Below, one piece after another: positions 60,754 to 64,000 of a DNA stretch of 64,000 bases. This DNA comes from Sphaerodactylus townsendi (taxonomy: Eukaryota): positions 74,710,001 through 74,774,000 of the forward strand of contig NC_059425.1 of the NCBI RefSeq assembly GCF_021028975.2. The letters run 5' to 3'. The notes below the pieces were generated by a model. The model worked only from the letters and a program-made list of their open reading frames with translations. It had not been told where the DNA came from and did not search any database. The first letter of the stretch is position 1, and each line of letters starts with the position of its first letter. The translations under genes were made by a program, and so were the position numbers.

Positions 60754-63700
60754 GTGAGTCCAGGTCACATGATTCCGGACTTATACTGTAAATGCTTGGG
60801 ACAGTGGTACTCAGAGTAGCCAGTTCTACCATTAAATTAACTGCTGGAAAACTTGTGCATTGCATGGAAGGAGATGAGGAGAAAAGGAGCTCTAAATTCT
60901 GTACTACCTTTTGGAGCTGGGGAGATTTGGTGTAGCATAGTGGTTAGAGTGTTGGACTAGGATTAGGGACACATGGGTCAAAATTCCCCCTCAGCCCTGA
61001 ACAATTTTGGCCTAATCATTTGCACTCAGGTTAATCTACTTCACAAAATAGTTGCTAAGGTGAAATAAGGGTGGGGAAATTATGCACACCAACTTGACCT
61101 CGTCCACAGGGTTGTAAGGATAACATTGAAGGGGGGAGAATAATTCACTAATCCTAAACTGTTTGGAAGAAGGATGAGATACAAGACATAGTTGATTCTG
61201 ACAGGGTTGGTTTCTTACAGCTATAAAAGTAAAATGAAATGCAGCTTTTCACACTTAACATCCTTGACCTTTCTTCAGGCCTCTGCTCTATCTGTTCTCC
61301 ACACCTCATTTTAAGTTTCAGGCTCTTTCTCAAGTGCTGAGATCATTTGAGTCTAGTCAGCAAAGGGTAACCTCCTTAAAACCATTTGCTGAGGACATTT
61401 GTGGCAGATGTGTTGAGGCTCTTTTTTTCTTCCTAGCAGTTTTTAAAATCCTCTTTTGTCAGTTATTTATGGGGAAATGATGACATGAAATCTCAACTCC
61501 ACTGATGCTATAATGCAACCAGATACAAAGCATATTACCTTTGGAGAGAAATAGGAATTCAGGTCAACTTAATTCAGTAAAGTAATTTTGATGGTTAGGA
61601 AGACTTACTGCTGAGTGCTAAGAAGGTGTGATTTATGAAACTAGACAGGCTAAAAGTCTGCTGAGGAGCAACTCTAGTTGGGCATGTCGAATGACCGACA
61701 GTATCAGGAAAGCTAAGTTAAATTATTGTCATTAAGAACTGTCCATAGATAATAGCCAACAAAAATGAGTAAATGCAGCTTGGTCTTCATCTCCGTTATG
61801 CCCCAAAAATAAGACTTGTGACAAGTTCATTAGTTAAAATGGTTTCTTGTGTGCTTCTTCAGACACACAAAGTGAATAGGTACTTTTAGACAGGAAACTA
61901 GACCTGATGAACATGTGTTCTGAACTGGAATGATTGTACATAAGAACACTGGTCACCAGAAATACACAGATCATCTAACTGTGATACTGATGCAATATCA
62001 TGCACATTCTTTATTTAATGAAGATTGCGATAGCCCTTGCTATCTCATTATTTACATGGTGTTTGAAACACTGCAGTGATAAAGACCAAGAACTTCTGCA
62101 CTTTTATGTTAGCAGCTCCTGTATGTGAATTCAGATTGCCTTTTCTTTAATTAAATAATATCCATATTGGAGCTTGAGTTGGTCTCTGTTCCATACTGAC
62201 ACAAGGGCCATGTGAAGCTCAGCTTCATCTGCATTGCAATCTGAATGCTCTTGGTATTTTCTAAAGGCATTCTGGGTACAGAGCTACAGCTACAGACTTG
62301 ATGTTTATGCATTGCTCCTTATTTTGAAACTGTGCCTTGAGGTACTGCCTATAAAAAAGCAACTAGCACTTTTTAAAATAAACGGAAACTGTAGCATCAC
62401 TTATGGCAACCATAGCCTACAGTGAATTGTTTGCCTTTCTCTCTCTTAAGAGTTTGTAGCCTGTTCTACATATGTAGCAGATGAAGATGGGAATATGCAG
62501 TTAGACCTTTGGGGATATACTGTGAGCTGAACATCAGGCTGCCAGAAAGAATTGGTATTCTGTTGCATGAAAAGAAATCATTGCATGTTAAAAAACAGAA
62601 CAACACAGAATGGGCAAGGTTAGAACCAGTACTCCAGATGTACTTTTTTTTAGCATAATGATTTGAGATACTGTATCCCCTGCAGTCCAAAATGGCACAG
62701 TTCCCACTTTATTTATATTTCACTTTTCTGCCTAACAACTACTGGTGGTGACTGATTCCTCTTTCCATTGTATCTTGCCTGTGTATCTTGAGTATATAGT
62801 GCTGTTCTATACTAAATCAGGCCATGATTTCTGCTTGGCTTCGGAATTGTTTACTAGGACTGGGTTCTCAAGGTAGAAAAAGGGCTTTCCCAAAACCAGA
62901 TAACTGAGCTCTCTTAACTTAAGATCCTAGGAAGTGAATCTAGGATCCTCTACTAGCAAAACACATTATCCATGACTGCTCATGGCCCTCTTACAGTAAA
63001 TTCACTTCCTTTACATGCATGACACCAGAATTTGTTAGTGCTAAAGAACTAGATAGTGAGAACAGTAAAAGTCCCTGGGTGGATTCAAATAGGTAGCATT
63101 TGCACACAAAGCACTGCTATCATGAATGATCCCATCTGGAAAGATAATAACATCAAGTAAATAGCTGCACTTTATCTTCTCTGGGTTTCTTGCTCTGTAA
63201 CAGATGAAGCTGTGGATGCAGGTAACAGTCTGCATAAAGGTAAGTTATATGTGTGAAGTTGGTTTTGGTAAGCCCTTGGAAAGATGACCAGTTAATTGTA
63301 CATAGTTAACATGTAACAGCTGGAAATCATTGCAGGTGTTTCAGTTTAGGAAATTCATAGTTGTATGGCAAATTTTGTTCTTGATCTAACTGTCATTGGC
63401 TGCCTAGTTTCATCTTGTTGGATGTTTCTGCAGGATTGTTACCCTTACTATTCTTAACTTTTGATTTTACAACTTCTCTAATCACTTGTCAGCTTTTCTT
63501 GTTTTATTACAGTTTTTAATTCCTTAGTGGATATTGAACCAGAATAAGGGGACCTTCATTCCTTTTGTGCAGAGTTCATGAGATGCTCTGTGTTTACCCA
63601 CTACCTCCTCCTGGGCCTGTGGATCTTTATAGTAGAGCAAAGTATTCTACACAGCAACAGTTTCTTTGTGGCTGCCATTTGTGGGTTGTGTGTTAAACAG

Positions 63701-64000
63701 AACCAGTCATGGCCATCTGTCTTCCTCATCATACTGATACGCTTGTGAGCCTTGCAAAACAAAAGAGGAGAGGGCAAATTTGGGAGAATGTGATACACTT
63801 ACAAGCACTTTTAGAAACTATTGGACAACAGTAATTAGCTGCTGATGAGGGCCAGGTGACTGTTCCTTTTCCATAACTTGGATCCAGACTAATGTTGCCA
63901 TAGGCAGAAAGATATCCACCTACAGATCATGATTTCCCCTTCCCCATTTCCAGAGGGGAGGGAATCCCCAGGATTGGGGGGTGGGGTGGGCAATCACAGT

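Noticed and set aside
1-64000. A novel multi-gene system, CRISPR array or prokaryotic-style operon
   Set aside because: All substantial coding signal is explained by four conserved spliced vertebrate genes and transposon relics. The tandem repeats lack unique spacers.
60754-64000. XPO5 exon 21 or intronic snoRNA/miRNA genes
   Set aside because: No matching exon and no convincing C/D, H/ACA or pre-miRNA structure was recognisable by eye.

Overview
Vertebrate (eukaryotic, intron-containing) genomic DNA. The repeat content (CR1, L2, RTE-X-like LINEs, tRNA- and 5S-derived SINEs, a SPIN MITE) points to a squamate reptile, probably a gecko (inference). The window is the conserved MAD2L1BP(-) / GTPBP2(+) / POLH(-) / XPO5(+) block known from human 6p21.1. 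I traced splice sites by hand: the first coding exon of MAD2L1BP, all 12 coding exons of GTPBP2 (607 aa), all 10 coding exons of POLH (696 aa), and exons 1-20 of XPO5 (the gene continues past the window). Most ORF-track entries are exon fragments, antisense shadows or transposon relics. I found no new multi-gene system. The most interesting signals are regulatory or transposon-related: (i) a 146-bp near-perfect hairpin hAT MITE carrying two ZNF143/THAP11-type sites, 21/23 identical to the site in the GTPBP2 promoter; (ii) a SPIN/URR1-type MITE, a family known for horizontal transfer; (iii) a nest in which an inverted-repeat element contains a CR1 that contains two ultra-short LINE 3' stubs; (iv) a possible dual-promoter architecture for POLH; (v) back-to-back poly(A) signals between GTPBP2 and POLH; (vi) rearranged REV1-binding FF motifs in Pol eta. 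Comparisons with human proteins and repeat consensus sequences are from memory, not from searches.
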